DNA from: Phoronis australis
Taxonomy: Eukaryota; Animalia; Phoronida
Direction of reading: 5' to 3'
Assembly (NCBI GenBank): GCA_002633005.1
Contig: NMRA01000027.1
Coordinates: 409,265-473,264, forward strand
DNA length: 64,000 bases
The translations under genes were made by a program, and so were the position numbers. The notes under the pieces were generated by a model, which had not been told where the DNA came from, made no database searches, and saw only the letters and a list, made by a program, of their open reading frames with translations. Below, in pieces: positions 36,655 through 52,142 of the stretch (position 1 is its first letter; every line of letters starts with the position of its first letter).

Positions 36655-39600
36655 GTAAGGTATTACATCATGTGCTGTATTCCTGTTGGCGACGCTTCGT
36701 GTCCGCTACAAAAACTGGACTTGACACATTTCATTTCTGTTTACTTAATTCATATTTCCAGATAATGGATGGGACAAATGTGCTGTGCTTATGATTTGTT
36801 ATAGAATCTACTCATGTCCGAGGACATTTTTCAATGTTGATTGATAAAATTTTTGAGTTTTGAAATTTGTATGTACTGGTAGTTGGATTTTGTCCGTCTA
36901 GTACATTGAAAGTTTCAATTTTGAAAAGTTTATCTGACCTGAATATCATTGTCAAAATGATATTACGGAAATGTCTTTTATTAGTGTATAAGTATTGTGT
37001 CGTGGGTACAAGTTGATAAAAAAGTGATCGGTTGTGAACTAGTCACGAGATATCTGTTCACTGTGTTTATAGCTTAAGGTGCCAGCTAAACTGGTTTCAC
37101 CACATCATGTTAAACCACTGAGTCCAATTTGCACAATGCTGATCATTCATGTGGAGAGTTGATTGTAATCACTAGTTTCCCTTTCTCACCAGGTCATTGA
37201 AAGTTTTAGGTGAAGGCCTTAACCTGTTGTGGTTACATCTATTTTCATCTATTTAATTAATTCATATTTTAATGCACAAATAAGTCGTCATCTCAACTCT
37301 CATGTCCTGTCAGTTGACCATGTTCTGTTGTCCCAAATAATTGTTGGGCTGTCACAATTATTCCGCTACCACATTTTGCTACTATCTTTAGGAACTTGAA
37401 GTTTAAGGATTTTGCGCATTTAAAGCTTAACATATTTATGCTTCTTGTTTCAAAGCTTGGAGGCAAATCTGACAAAAATTATCATTTTGCTCCTTGTGCT
37501 AAATTTGAAGTGTAGCTGTGGACTGGTTGCAATGGTTTTGTTTGTGTGCAGGTAGTATAGATACACTTGTGACAGTTTGTGAAATGGATTCCATGATCTT
37601 GAAAAATTTGAATATAGTCGGGGACCAGGCAGCGACCTTGACATTAGTTTTCTAAAATGACGAAGTCCCTGTGAACACTGCTGAAATGGGTGCAGAAACG
37701 GTATATTTTTATTTATTTCATTGTGTTCATGTTTACAAAATAGGTCATACATCGATGCAGGCAATCATTAATAGTTTAACGAACCTAGGAACAGTCTAGT
37801 TATCTCGGTAGTCGTCTGCATGGAATGGAAGAATCGTCCGCTATACTGGACAACGTTGATCCAGCTGAATTACATTGAGCAAGAGTATACTATTAAGGGA
37901 AGTTTCATTATACAAAAAATACTTAATTGTTAATAGTGGTATAGGTGGTGATTTAAAAATGATTTGGGAACCAGCTACTCTCACTAAATAACCGGTGGGA
38001 TTAACTGGTTCTCAAATCAGGAACCCATGAATATGTATTTGACTATTACCCGTTAATTAGTTCTAAACAGGTTCAATTTTTTTTGTTTTATGTACAAATT
38101 TAGAGCCTGATAATTCAATTTAATCTGAAGCCTTGTCCTGGCATGTCCACTTGCTATCACAACTTTAGTTGGTTATTAAGGTATTCTTCATAGGCCTACA
38201 CTGATATCACGCCATGACACTTCATTGTGGCGATGGTCTCAGCATATGATGGAACCATTGACCACCACACACCTTTTGAAACCCAGGGGAAACACTGTAC
38301 TGGAGCAGCCGACCGAGTGCAGCTTGCTCTACATCTCAAAGACTCAAACTGGTGTCAAAATGGCCGCGGCAATGTGAACTTGCTCCGTGACAGTTAGGCT
38401 TACACACATATTTGTGCCCGATCAGCTGTTTATTGTTAATTGCTCCGCGACGACCGTCTCTCGGTGCAAATGTGGCTTGTGATATCAGTCAGTCGGCTAC
38501 GGTACGCGCCATATGGGATGAACGTGAAACTGGTAGATTTGGGTTAATAGGGTGTAGGATATCAATTGGTAACTTTTTCATGTAGCATGGTAATTACCCC
38601 CCCCACAAAGGGGCTGTGGGATAATAGTGTCTTAATTTCCCTGTTTGCACCAGTGGTTATAACTTTTTCTGCCCAAAAGGTTATAAATCTGAAAACTTTA
38701 AAGTGGAACCTGCACGCTAATTCCTTATCTCTGTGATTGCGTGGTCGAACTAGTTAGAAACACAAGATATGGGGATGATTTGAATATAAAGTAGGTTGAA
38801 AATTGCCAAATGTTTTTATGAACGAGTTTTGTGTCGAAAATGATCCACCGCAAATCACTGAACTGTGTCCAGTAGGTATCGTGACATGGTGTTGTAGAAT
38901 AATACTGCATGAAGCAGGCTATGTGAGCCCCCAAGGTATGTCATTAGTGCAAAGGTCACCTATTTGGAGAATGTTTTGTTTTCACATTTACAAGTTGTCA
39001 GTGAATACAACTGCACTTTGCTTAGCGTAGCCGATGTTCAAATAACGTTGTTTAGTTCCTGCTATACATTAGCATCGTTAGGAGAATGCGAATACATTTT
39101 TAAAACTGGTTGTAAAAGTTTTGACTATAGCATGAGCATAAACCTCTGAGGATGGGTTAGCTATTTGTGTGTTTGTTTGAACGCGGCAGTGCAAAAGTTA
39201 TAGAACTCAGTAGATGGCGCTGCTGTCAAATTTCGTTAGAGACAATTGCGCACCAAGTCACCAATTGGGTTGAATCGGAAAGCGATAGCACTGATGACTA
39301 GTGACTAAAAGCATGAACTAGGGTGACAACTATTTTAACTGTTGGTAAGAAGGGTAAGGATCACCAGGACAGTCCAACTATGGTAATAGTTATTAACTGA
39401 CTTAGTTGGCTTGAATGTAGCCAATGTTATCACAGTGTAATTACCCATGGATGGTAGGGGTTGTAAGATATTGGTGACTTGATGATGCAGTATTGTAATT
39501 ACCCACATATTGTAGGGATTTAAGTAACTTTATGATACATTATTGTAATTACCCTTGGATTCTATCACACCTGTTGTCTCGATTGTAATTTTATCAGCTT

Positions 39601-39696
39601 TTGTTTTGTGAGCCTACGTTAAGGTTTTAAACATTTGAACAGAGATTTTTGTTAAGTTTATTTGATTTTACAAAATCAACTTCTGGAAAGTCAAGT

Positions 39697-39750
39697 TGTG
39701 ATTGTGTTCCGAGCTGTAATTGTGTTCCGAGCTGTGATTGTGTTCCGCCC
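39697..39750. repeat. 18-bp tandem repeat x3
   Basis: Unit tgtgattgtgttccgagc. Confidence 0.8.
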
Positions 39751-41084
39751 TCCTTAGATATTATCACTGTCTGTCTTTCTGAAATACCTGAAATGTGCTG
39801 TGAGGGATAGTCCTTTCTTCAGCTTTCCTGATCTTTCTTACAAATCTATTCCATTTGTATAGCCTCTGCTCCTGTGAAATGGCCAACTGACAATAATCTC
39901 TGTTTTCCTATCTCCTTAGCCAGTGAGTGTGTATAAACAGTGGCACAAAAGAGAGCACTGCCACAGTAGCAGTGCTGCAATGGGAATCTTACATATGTTG
40001 TGATCAGCTCCGACATTGTTTTGTTCATTGTACCTGCCCAACCTAAACAAGTGCCACCTACAGTAATGATTAGATTAAGCTGACATGAAATCTGTTTGCT
40101 GTTTCCCTTAGCTGTTTTCACTAACCCTGCTGTCATTGAAGTCAGACATCCTGAGCTTGTGATGGTTTTCTGATTTAGCCTTGTTCTTCAGTATAAGAGG
40201 ACAGAATAGCAGAATAATTTGGACTGCGGAGCCTCACTTGCAAGGCCTGATAGAGTCCTTTGTTCACTGGTTGACTATAAGGACTTTCACAGGAGTGTTG
40301 GTGCATAAATGGATTGGGGAGCGTTGGTCGGTATGAAAGGTTAAGTTCGATTCAGATCATAGCCATAAACTTGCGGGTCAATGCCCTGTCTAAGACAGGA
40401 GGTGGATGATTACCTGAGTAGTGGGTGTCTAAATTGAGAATTGGTTTAAAGTCGGGGGTGGGCAATTACCTGAGCAGTGGCTGCTTATGTTGAAATTTTG
40501 GTCGAACTGGATACGCGCGGGGTGTTCATTTGAGCACAGAATTTTTAGGTTCAGTCAAAGTGGCGCAACCCGACAACCACTAAGTTTCTCACGGCTCAAA
40601 CAGAAACAGGATTTCGACTTTGAACGGGTGATTTCGCGAGAACGTTGCTAAAAATTCAGATGTTTTCAAATTTTTTAGTGCGCTCCAAAATGTCATATTG
40701 CGGAACTTCGTGAAACTTAATGGCAGTCTACTTACCATATCAGCAGGTACTGTTTCGTATCAGTGAATGTGACTACATTACCTTTCCTTGATTCAAAACA
40801 TGGACGTTTCGTTCCGGAGCTGACCCAAAGTTTACAATTGCAACAAGACGGGGGGGTGTGCAACTTGTGCAAATAACTTCGTAGTTGGATCGAGGTTATT
40901 ACTTTGCACCACGGGTTTACCAATGTTGTCACCAAAAATGCAAGGTGGAGGGTGGAGGAAAAAATGGTGGTAAGAAGGCATTACTACACCATTACTAGGG
41001 CGTTTTGACTATTTTTTCTTTCACCAACAGCCGAAACACTGGGGTGGTGGTAATAAAAAGCTATAAGTGGGAAAATTGTTTTTT

Positions 41085-41205
41085 CCAAAATCAGAGCAAC
41101 GGATTAGTAACTTAATGGTCAAGTTTAAAAAAAATTGACAAGTTTCCCAAAATCAGAGCAACGGATTAGTAACTTAACGGTCAAGTTTAAAAAAAATTGA
41201 CAAGT
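41085..41205. repeat. 62-bp tandem duplication
   Basis: ccaaaatcagagcaacggattagtaacttaa... at 41085 and 41147. Confidence 0.9.
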
Positions 41206-43080
41206 AGGGTGCATATGATCAACAATTAACTGTCACTTATGATTACTAAATGGTTATCGGTTTCAGCTGGCGAGTGTTCACCATGTGCCCATCTAGTACA
41301 CTGTTGCCTAGCAACAGCATCTCATCTTGACAACCCCTGCTCGTGTGCATCCACCAAGTTTGGCATCTCGCTGGGAGGTTGTGAGGCACCTGATCTTCTT
41401 GGCTACTTTTAGTGTAACTTACACACTCATCAAACAACTTTTTCATAACTTTGGTGTTGTTCAGGAAGCGAACAATTTGTCAGAATTTTAAAAGTGATTT
41501 TTCAGTGACAAGAACTGATTGGTCCTAACTGTAATTGGTGAAAAATGCTGCACTTGAAACGAGAAAGATGTACAGGAAAATAATAAGTCTAATTTCAAAG
41601 TTTTATGGTCATGTCGCCCTAAGTTAAAACTGCAGTGCAAATGCAGAGCAGACTGCTGTATCTCCTATAAACATCATCAGGGTGTGATGTAAACCGACAG
41701 ATGTAGCGTTGCTAAGCAACCGTGATGATGGCATGTGGGTACCAAGTGTTTTCCATCTTGTATTGCGCCTGCTCACTAAGTTAGTTGCTGGGTCATGTTG
41801 TATTACGTATTGGTCAAATTCACTGGACACTAACTATTGATTTCTCTGCAATTGGTGGCCTGTTCTCCCTAACCAAAGCACATAACATCTACAGGGTAAG
41901 TTTTTTCCCAACTTCCAAAATCTAAATTTAACGTAGGACACAGGATTGGCTGGTGAAAGTTTTGTGACAACAGCTTATCTTTCGGCGGCCATTTTGGGCC
42001 AACAAAACAGGATGTGTACTTAGGGCTATGTTGTTCTCTTGCCAGTAATTCTTTTGTACTTATCTGGAATGGCTAATGAAAAAATATCTGATAATTATAG
42101 AAATGGGTATTAGTCAGATCTGATATCATTATCTCATTAAGTGCACCTAATGTTGGCTTGGTATTGAAAAGTCTAAATAAGTGAAGTTATAATTGGTGGT
42201 ATCTGAATGTCCTTGGATGAGTTTTAGTTCAACCGTGAACTGTAGGCCCTGCAGATGTTATAGAGTAAAGATATCAAGTTCAGCAGGCTGTATTGTGTGC
42301 TCAGCTCTGTCTTAATACACTCTACTTACAGATGGTGTAGACGTGCAGCAGCTTTTGCTAATTGATGTATAAGTTTGGAAGCTGGGTTCATCATAATAAC
42401 TTTTTCCCAACGAATTTCAGCAAAATAACTGTTGTCGTTATAATACTTAAATTTTGCATTAAGATCAGTGTTAATTTTTTTCTTAAATTCTGAGAGGAGA
42501 GAAATTGGTTGTCATATTGCTTGGTGTGAATCCTATCACATGTTTATCTTGTATTTTCCCACAGCTATAAAACACTTAACTACCCATTTGAAGCATATTA
42601 AAATTGTGTCACCTTATCTTTAAATAGTACATAATAGAACGTTGGACGCAGAGCCAACGAAAGATCAGAAAGTACAACAAGATTACTGATTTAGGTAGAT
42701 TTTGTCCCGCACAATTACAATCCATTTTTGGTCTTGCCTGCTATGCTCTAATTGGGCTACACTAAAGTTTTCTCTTATTCAAACAAAAATTATCGACAAA
42801 ATTACCATTTTCGTGTGTTTCAAAATCTCTGCATGCAAAAAATAATTGTGTTTTGGTAAAGACTGCTGTTATACTAATGTGATAAAATAATAAAATAAAA
42901 AGTTTTCTTCTTGTTAACTTTTGTTGGAAATTTTTGTCTTGATATTTCAGTGTTGTGCCATATTGTGCACTTAACTGAAATAATTAGCTGTACTTTAACA
43001 ATTAAAGACTCCCTAAGGTTATGCAGGACCATATCACCAAGTCATGTGTGTAATCAAATATCAACGTACGGTAACTATTA

Positions 43081-43499
43081 GTCCTGTTTAGACATCAACT
43101 TTTGGCCCGGCGCAACTGACACGGAGCAAAGTGACCCGTGTCAAGCGGCCATTTACACATACAACTCGCTAACTGGGGCAAGACGGAAATTAAAGGCTGG
43201 AGAGACTGGATCGCACATGCGCAGGTTTACAAATGACGAGAGTTTGCAGAGACAAAGAACCGTACGTAGGTCATTGCACAAGCGCAGTAGAGATGATCCT
43301 TTCCGCCTTACTCCAGTTTCGCGTTTAGACTTATAATTGTCACGGCGCACGATGTTCGGGCGCAAATTACTCTACCTCAAAAACGGGTCTCACAAATTTG
43401 TCACCGCGGTGTCAAGTTGCGCCGTGTCAGTCCCTTTACGCACTGGAACAACTTGTTCCGTGTCAGCTGATCCGTGTCAACAGTAAGTGTAAACAGCAC
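43081..43499. mobile_element. MITE, PIF/Harbinger-like termini
   Basis: TIR gtcctgtttagac / gtgtaaacagcac with TA on both flanks; subterminal ctgacacgg / ccgtgtcag repeats; CpG-rich. Confidence 0.7.
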
Positions 43500-46400
43500 T
43501 ATAGATTTTAACTTGGCAAAAATGCACATTTTCTCAAAGTAAAACACCTGTAGAAATTGCTTTTTAACTTTATATCACTCCCCCGTGAATTGGGATGCAT
43601 GACCATGTCTTTTCAGTAAAATTTAGTAAGAAAGAAAGGTACATTTATAACAAAGGAACAGTATCAATAACACAACCAAATTTCGCTTGATATTAATTTT
43701 GAAGATGAAATCTCAAGAATGCTGTTAGAATTTTGTAGAAATCATACTCTGTTTCATTTTGTCAGAAATTGACAGTGGGTTTGTTTAAAAGGTAGCCATG
43801 CTTTAAGATTGTGCGTTGATGGAGAGAGAATGATTAAATCCACTAATAAATTAATATTTATTCTGACACATTATATGTAGCTTTTGAGATTTTTCAGAGA
43901 AATCGTGTAAATCCTATTTTGATAGCATACAAAAGGGAAACTCTTTTATGTAGTCCTAACAGGAGTACACAAAGCACAATACGTGCGGAAGTTTCACGTG
44001 AATCTGATCAGCCGTTTCCGAGATCTGATGTTCCTAAGTTAGCCAAATTTAGACCCGTGGTTGCTACTACAGATAAATTTGAAATGTGGGACAAGAAAGT
44101 GTCTAAATATCATGTCTGTACTGTGAGTCCAACACTTCAAGTCCTGCCAGCCCTTTGACCACTCTGGTTATCTTCCTCTGTTGTACCTATTTGCATGGCA
44201 TTCCAAGTGGGGTGTCACATCTGATAAGTGCACAGGAGAAACTGAATTGTTTGTAGCTTGCCAGTCAATGCACCTTATCATCCAATGCACATGCTTGTCA
44301 ACTGTTTTGTCCATGTGATAATGGTTATCACTGTCATGATAACAGTAGTCAATTGTTTGTAGTGAACAATTCTCACTTCCATTTTGCTTTGAGCAAAAGT
44401 GGTACTCCAGTTCACTCATGGCAGTTCCATTGCACTCTGCAACAAATGCTGATGATAGTCGTTTTGTCGGCTGTTGTCTGATTTATTATAAAGTCCTTTG
44501 TTCATTTTCAACACATGAACACTGCAAGGTTACGTGGTGCTCAGAATAGTCACTTCCTTATCAGTTTACAAATTTTTAATAATTCCACCAGAGTGCATGA
44601 AATAGTCAGATTGTGCTGCTGGTTATAACTATATATTTGTTAATAACAGCCGATTTCAAAATCTGATGGAAACAATGCAACATGTTCTACAACTGAAAAG
44701 GCTCATGAACTTATTAGTCAAGTAATAAAACTGTAATTACAAATGTGTTGTTCATTAACATTTCAATCCCATTGATTTGACTCAGTTTGTGCCTATGAAG
44801 ACTTATGCTGGTTGTATATTGACTGTGTTGCCATACCAACAACACGTTGTCATGGTATTAAAGGGGTTGCAGGTGGTGGCTCAGCAGGACCAGCATGAGA
44901 TGGGGCCAGCTCAGTCATGTGTTGTTAACTGCATTCAACTTCAAATCTCTTTGTCCCCATTATGCCAATGCAAATTGTTGATGGATGACTTTTTAAACAC
45001 TAATTTGCTTTGAATAGATATCTTGTTAGTACTTCTGATTTTCCATCTCCGGTTTGGACATTAGCAAAGTGCAGGCCAGCTTCTTGGTTTTGCTAGAATC
45101 ACAAGTCTAATGGGTTTGGATGCTTGTTTCAATTTGCCCACCCATCTTAGAAGGTGTTTCCACAGAATAATTAAAAAAATCAGTCACAGATCTCTCCCAC
45201 ACGTCAAGAGTATGGAAGTGTTTACAAGCCACCAAACCCTACTGATTTGTGATGAAATTTTCATGTAACAGGCTTGAATATTTCATAAAATTTTTGAAAA
45301 TCATACCTCTCACCACTTTTGACCTCTCGACCTATACTCAATGGTAAACTTGTAGTCATGAGTGTATCTGAATAAGACCCCCATTCTGATAGGACAATTA
45401 CATAATCTGGCTATTTGATGGCATGCTAAACCTTTTGACCTTATTTTACCATTAACTTTTTTGGAAAGCGTGGAAAGTCGCGGAAAATCTTAAAATTTAA
45501 GCCTTTTTTTCATGAGTTCAACAACTCGAGTTGGCAAGTGAAGCCAGTTGAGCTGTAGTCTGCACCTTCAGTCATGAGGTCGCATTTGGTGAGCTGGTAC
45601 CATTGTGGTATTCAACATATCAGATGCTACATGGGATTTTCTAGCTAGCCAGCCGCGAGCTGTATGGCAATAGTACCTTATCTGAACAGTCCCAGGTCAC
45701 TGAATTAGGTGCTTCCACTTTGAGTTCCAATTTCAACTGTTCCATTGAATTTTGTTTAAAATCATTATTTGAAGGCTCTATATGCCATTTTCTGCAGTGT
45801 CTGACCAAAACACGATTTTTTGACAATTTCATGAAAATAGGACTTTAAAATACCTAGCATATAGATGTTGAGTATTTTCATTTTCACCAACTGCCATAGT
45901 TATGATTAGCACTAAATGTTAAATATCTGGTCATGTCCTTGTCACTATACCATGAGCATATGACAAGGATTAGCCCAAGTCCTCCTTAGATAACCTTTCT
46001 GTTATTATCATTCCTCAGTATAACGTTGCCGTGGCTTCCCCAGCTATAAGGACCTTCACAGTCAAACAGTCACTATGATTTCAGAAACAGTAGATTCAAC
46101 TTAAAAAATCTACACATCTGACAATATCAGGTATGGTAAAATCTCTAGTTTGGTACACTCTATGGCTGTCAGTTGAAATTTTATTGAATCAATTTTCATG
46201 TAATGCGTAGCGCGAAATCTAATCTTTTTCCTTGTTCAAGTTTAAAACCTTATCATCAGACAATGTTTTGAAAAATAATGTGCGTATTCCCAGCAATGTT
46301 AGAAACCTTTGAAAAATATAAAAAGGTCAATTATTATTCTATTATTTTTGTCGGAAATTAGTGAGTTATTAGTGATGTTCTGCCTTGCACTCTTTCTTTT

Positions 46401-49400
46401 AAAACTGTGTGTCAGTTTACTGCACACTTTAAGGTGTAGTTTGCTGTCGGAACAAAACAATTTGATGCTATCTAATGATTAAGGGAACATGCCTCTGATG
46501 CTCAATCAACTTCTTGTTCAACCTTGAAGAAATAATCACAGGTATTTTTTTCAAAAATTAAGCGATTTTTGGGATTGGTGGCTTTTTGTAATTAACAAAA
46601 TTCCTCATTCATGTGTTAATTAGACTATGTTGGTTGTTTGTTCTTGTTGATCTTTGTTGTCTACGAGGCATCAAACAGTACTTCACAAGTTTACTCATCA
46701 TCTCGTTAGCGCGGGAAGATTAGTCAGATAATACAGGTAATTGGCTCTTCATGTAGCCTGGTGAAATTAGCAATGTATTATTGAACTAAAATAACCTCTG
46801 TTTCACCGACTTGTGTGCTTGTTTGTTTTGAATTCGTAAATGACCATTAGTTCTGATCTGTTGTAGTGATGTTTCTATTTTGTTTTGTCATTAAGCTCAT
46901 TCTTTACAATGTTTCTATAATTACTTGGAACATCATTTTTGTTCAAAATTTCATTTTTTCTTGGTAACAGTTTTTAAAGTCAAAGTTTCTCCTCATATCC
47001 ATGTATTACTACATATCTTTACCCAATATACTCTCAAGTTTTTTTGAATATGAAAGGCTTTGTTAGTCCCTGAGCGTGATTAGTCTTTCAGAACTGTTCT
47101 TATGTTTTCTGCTAAGCCCCCTTCAGATTGCCAGCTAGTATTCATTGGTGATGGTTTTCCATCCAAGATCAGGACATTGATTTTACTCATTTGTTTTGCA
47201 CACATGAATGCCGCAGTGAGGTCTGTTTTAAGCCTGTTTTAAGTTTTGGAAAGTCTGTTTGACCTATTGGCTCATCTCTTGGTTATGACTAAATGGATTG
47301 CTTGTGGTTGTATTAACTTGCCTGTTGGCATGGCGATGCATATGTTGCCTGGGGAACATTATGCTGTAAAGATCGCTGTAATTACAGTGGTGGATTTACT
47401 TGGAGTCAGGCCAGGACAGTCTCTTGTTGCTTCAGATGTCTCTCTGGCCTCAGCTATGGTAGGACCTGCTCTACAATGGAACCTATCTGGTCACTGACTT
47501 AGACTGTCTTTGTTTCTTGGTTTGTGACTGGCAGCCTTTCATGCTGGTCATTCAGTCAGGACTCTTTGTGTTATTGTTTTCACCATTCACTGAATACAGA
47601 CAATGGCTGTAGTGATTTTAATAAGAGACTGTTCAAACAGGGACAGATGTTACTGTCTGGGATTGTGTCTATGGAGGTCTTCTGTGCAACTAACAGAATT
47701 TGTTGGGTGGAATTGAAGAATTGCAGTGCAATGTTGGTGGTGGTATTTGAGCAAGGGATTAAACACAGGGCTTCTGTTGACTCTGATGATTATTTTAATA
47801 CATAACTAATGGATGTAGTGATGTTACTGCTCTAATACATCATTTACATGGTTGTTGTTATGACAAAAGGGTGAACATGCTCTTTGTGTTCAGACTGACA
47901 AGCTTATTGGTACTTCATTCTGTGGGTACCCATGCAGTAAGTTCAAACTCAATAGAAATTGTAATATTCAGGAACGTGTTCAACTGTTGATTCTGTGAGG
48001 ATTTATAGGTCAAAAGCCTGGCCAGACTGCACGGGGGCGCAAGCGACAGGATTTCATCCGCGATCAGTTGTAACAGTTAAATTTTTGTTGCAGTCTGCTC
48101 ACTGTTGCCATGGAGATCAGGGTGTTAAGCAGTGTTTCCGTTTACCTATAAATATCGATATTTTACAGAAATTTTACATCTCTGCCAGCCCCTGGGACCA
48201 TCGAAATATTTGCGCTATTACATTGATTGAAACCAATCTGCACGAACCTGTTAAATTGTGCAAATTTGAGCATTTGTTTCTCTTAAAACAATCAACTGCT
48301 GAGCCAGAAAGTCACCCTGGTCACCAATGACATTTGAAATGTGAAGTACGCTGACTCGAAGTTCAAAGGATTAGGCATTACTGTGAGGCTAGTTACCGAC
48401 GTGAAAGCTAAATCTGCACTCGCATGTGTTTGAGTATCTGAGTAGGCACGTTGTTCAAATTTTTGCAAATCAACTGAGTGAAAAATTTCCATGAGTATTT
48501 GTGTGTCCAGGCCGAATGATTTTTCTAATTTTGGTCACTATTCAATTACTAGTTCTACATAAAATAAAAAGCCTTTAATTGTAATTCAATTATTGTGTGA
48601 TTTGAGTTTGGTCCTTTGGTACTGAATACCGTACGTGCCCTATATTGACAAAAAGTGGGGTTGTTGCAAAAATGTCGGGTGATCTGATGCTTGCTTGGCA
48701 TCAAATGATAAGTAATTATAAATATATGGAAAAATACGTCAGTCACAAAATGTCGCGCGTAGAGCCCCTTTTATTTCGGCTTTGGCCAGGATTTGGTTCC
48801 TAAAATTACGAAAGAATTTTTTGAAGCTTAAATTTGTTGTGTAGTGTTGAGATGACCGGGCCATTCTCAAAGCACTGTAGAAAATGCTAATAGTCTGATG
48901 TCCTTGGGGTCCACTGCCGCTGTCGACGACTGTATAAAATAATTGCAGGTAGTCTGGTGCCAGATGTGTGTGGGCCGCTCAGGTGGGCCCAGTGCACTGT
49001 TCACCTGGAACCATTTGTATGCTTCATTTATATAATGATTACCGTAACTCCCGAAATTGCTGAGGTTAAATGACTGGGGATTTTCTTCAGGAACCAGAAT
49101 TTGATCAACCAGTCGGTCCTCTGGACCCTGCTTCTGCGGAACCATTGATGGAGTATGGCCTTATCTAGTCATCTTTCCATCATTTCACTGATTGAGTCAC
49201 GGCACCACCAGCTGTAGAAATCAATAGTTTTTCCTAAACCACCATCAAAGACTTCTCATCTTTAGATATTTGCCCATGGCTGGCTGCACCACTTAAATGG
49301 CTAGAGATTAAGGCTGACCTTGATATTCATCGACTAATTAGTGACACAATTGGATTAGATACCTTGGCATTCCTTAGCATCAAGGTATGCATGGTTATCT

Positions 49401-51478
49401 AGATGGAGTTAAATATTTCTGCTTAGTGGTTTATGTATGTTTAATAATTTTCCCTGTGATGAAACATTCACGTTTTCTCAAAGTTCTTTCCTAATGGTAA
49501 ACATAGTTACATTTTGCCTTACTAAAGTCTAGTTATCTTTAGCAAGTACTACAATATAAAGTGTGAATCTGGCAAAAGAAGTATTCCACATTTAATACTT
49601 TTAGTCATTTTCCTACCTGACTAGGACTGGGTGTTATTAAAACTGGCTGTTAGTCACTTGAATATAAGTTGGGTTTTGTATGTTTTGGAAGCTTAACATT
49701 TTATGAGATGCATTTACAAAGTCAGAAGGACTTGTTCGGAAATCTCTGTTGCATTTAATTGGGGATGGGCGTTACGCCAGGCATGGGCATTTGAAAGTGA
49801 ACATTTGGACATTTCAGGAGTGGAGATTAACCTGGAGTTTCCTCATGCTTTCAGCACACTGTTCAATTGCTCAGGGGACCCCCTTTTAGATTTTTTTGTT
49901 CATTGGCTAAGCATGTCAACAGGAGTGACATCTGATGTTAGGTTGTTTCCATGGAACTTTCACAACAAATCTCATCAACTTGGGGATTACCATCCTACTT
50001 TGTGTTGACATAAGGTAGTTCTCCAAGGTACCGTAGGGTAGCCTGCAGAGAGGTGACATAGCTGTTATACTTCCTGAGGGGAACTTTTTCCTGGTCTATC
50101 AATTTTTGGTTTTCTCTAACTTTACCATACACAACACCATCCAGTTATAAATCAACTGTTCCTGTTTTTTCAAGTGACAATCTCACTTAAAAAATTGAGT
50201 CGCATGTAGTAATGTTTCACTTTTCTGTCAGATAAGGCTGTTATACGTCTTCAAATAGCTGTCTGTCTAGGTTTAACCAAGAAACTATCCCCATGTCATG
50301 AGTTGTAGTTTCTATGATAAAACTGTTATGGACTGTCATACACATTGCAGTTTGGAGAAAAACTCATATTTGGCTTTATTTGTAGGCCTCAAATTAGTGA
50401 TTTTCGTTGCACTCATTTAGGGCTATAATTTGTAGATCCTGTCAACCCATACTTTGGTTGCCATGGTAATAACTGCTCATCAAATGAGCTTTGTTCTATT
50501 TACATTTCTGCTGCTCTGTTTGTATTAGGAATTCAAAATCAAATTAGTCTGACTCATAGGCCGGTAATTTAGATGATCAGCTAGTGTTCATATCCTGAAC
50601 AAATGTCATTTTCCACAGTCAATGGTGCATTTCACTGTCAGGTGATTTGTGGGTTAATTTCACTCTTAGTAAATCCTAAAGTGTATTGCCAGTGTATTGG
50701 TTGAAATCTGTCTGTGTATTCCATGGTTTTTCACTTCACTGCAACTAAAACCATGAATTATTTTGTCAAATACAGCAAGTATTTCATTTAGAAAAGCAGG
50801 TCTTAATCTCATTTCCCAGAGTTCAATTGGAATGCAGTTTCAAACATTTTTGACAAATCTTTGGAATGCTGTAACTGCGTCACAAAGATGAAGCGACACA
50901 ATAGTTTCTTTTGTAAAATACAACAATTCATTATAATTAGTATTTTTTCACCAGTGCCGTTACATATGAAATATTGGCAAAAATTGCTTGTTTTAATTTT
51001 GTGTAGAATTGCAATGCTCGTTGCTTAAAATAACGTTAACTCGCCTATTGCTACCTGACAAAATTCTCTTGTTGATAAATGGGCAACAAGCTCGCTAAAA
51101 CAAAGAAGCCCCCTACTGGCTGGTGCTGTAGTCCAGTCGTCTTCACAAATGATGGGCACTTTTAGAAAAAGTCTCATTTGACTGGAAACATAGTCGTTAA
51201 CATTCAGAAATGAAAAAGTTAGACATCTCGAACTATACCAGTGTCAAGGATCGAATTTCCCTCTGGCGTCTTTTTTAGGCAGACGGGAAAATAGGGATAG
51301 ATCGTGTACACAATGGTGATGACCGATACCCCATTCAGCTCTTACCTTAGAACCCAGCAGGCCAGCGGACAATTGAAACACCTCGTGCATGTATCATGGT
51401 TGGGCCTTGTCAATTTTCAATGTGCAGTTCTGACTGTCCTATGTTAATTAACTTCCTGTGGTAGTTTAAGCGCGAGAT

Positions 51479-51636
51479 CAGACGCCCGTTCAGTAACGCT
51501 AGGACCTCGCTAAAAATCAAGACTTCGCGAGATTACGTGAGATATTGCTGTATATTTTACATAAGAACACGTGACCTTGACTAGATTTTAGCTAGGTCCT
51601 AGTGTAGGTCCTAGCGTCTACTGAACGCACACCAGA
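51479..51636. mobile_element. Small MITE
   Basis: cgttcagtaacgctaggacct / aggtcctagcgtctactgaacg inverted repeats. Confidence 0.65.
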
Positions 51637-52142
51637 TGTGTGCTGATGGTAAGGGATAGCTGGTTTCAGGAAATAAATAGGTTGTATTTGTGAAATGCAT
51701 AATTCAGTGGGACAGAATATTCACATCCATAATTTTAATGAGACAAATGTTCACATTCCTATTTCAGTCGGTTTTGGAAAGTGGGGAATAAGAATTCCAT
51801 CCAGCGTTAACCTGAATGAGTATGGCTTGTTTACGATGAGTAACAATGGTGTTGTTGTTTGCCCTAATTTGTCTTCAACTAAAGTATTTTTGATGTTATT
51901 ATGTTTTTACTATGTTTTTTGTGATATCTTAAGATAGCTGTAAACATTAGGCATACACCCAAACAGGTTAAATTTGTGACAATGATAGTTCATTTCATGT
52001 GTTGTTTAAACTGAATAAAAGTTGTCTTGGTTTCTGAAGTAATGACATATTGATGGGTCATCAATGGACCATGAACAGAAGCCATATGTTAACCTGGATA
52101 ATGTCCAGGTTGTAAGCAGTGTAGACCTGGAGCTATGAGGAT

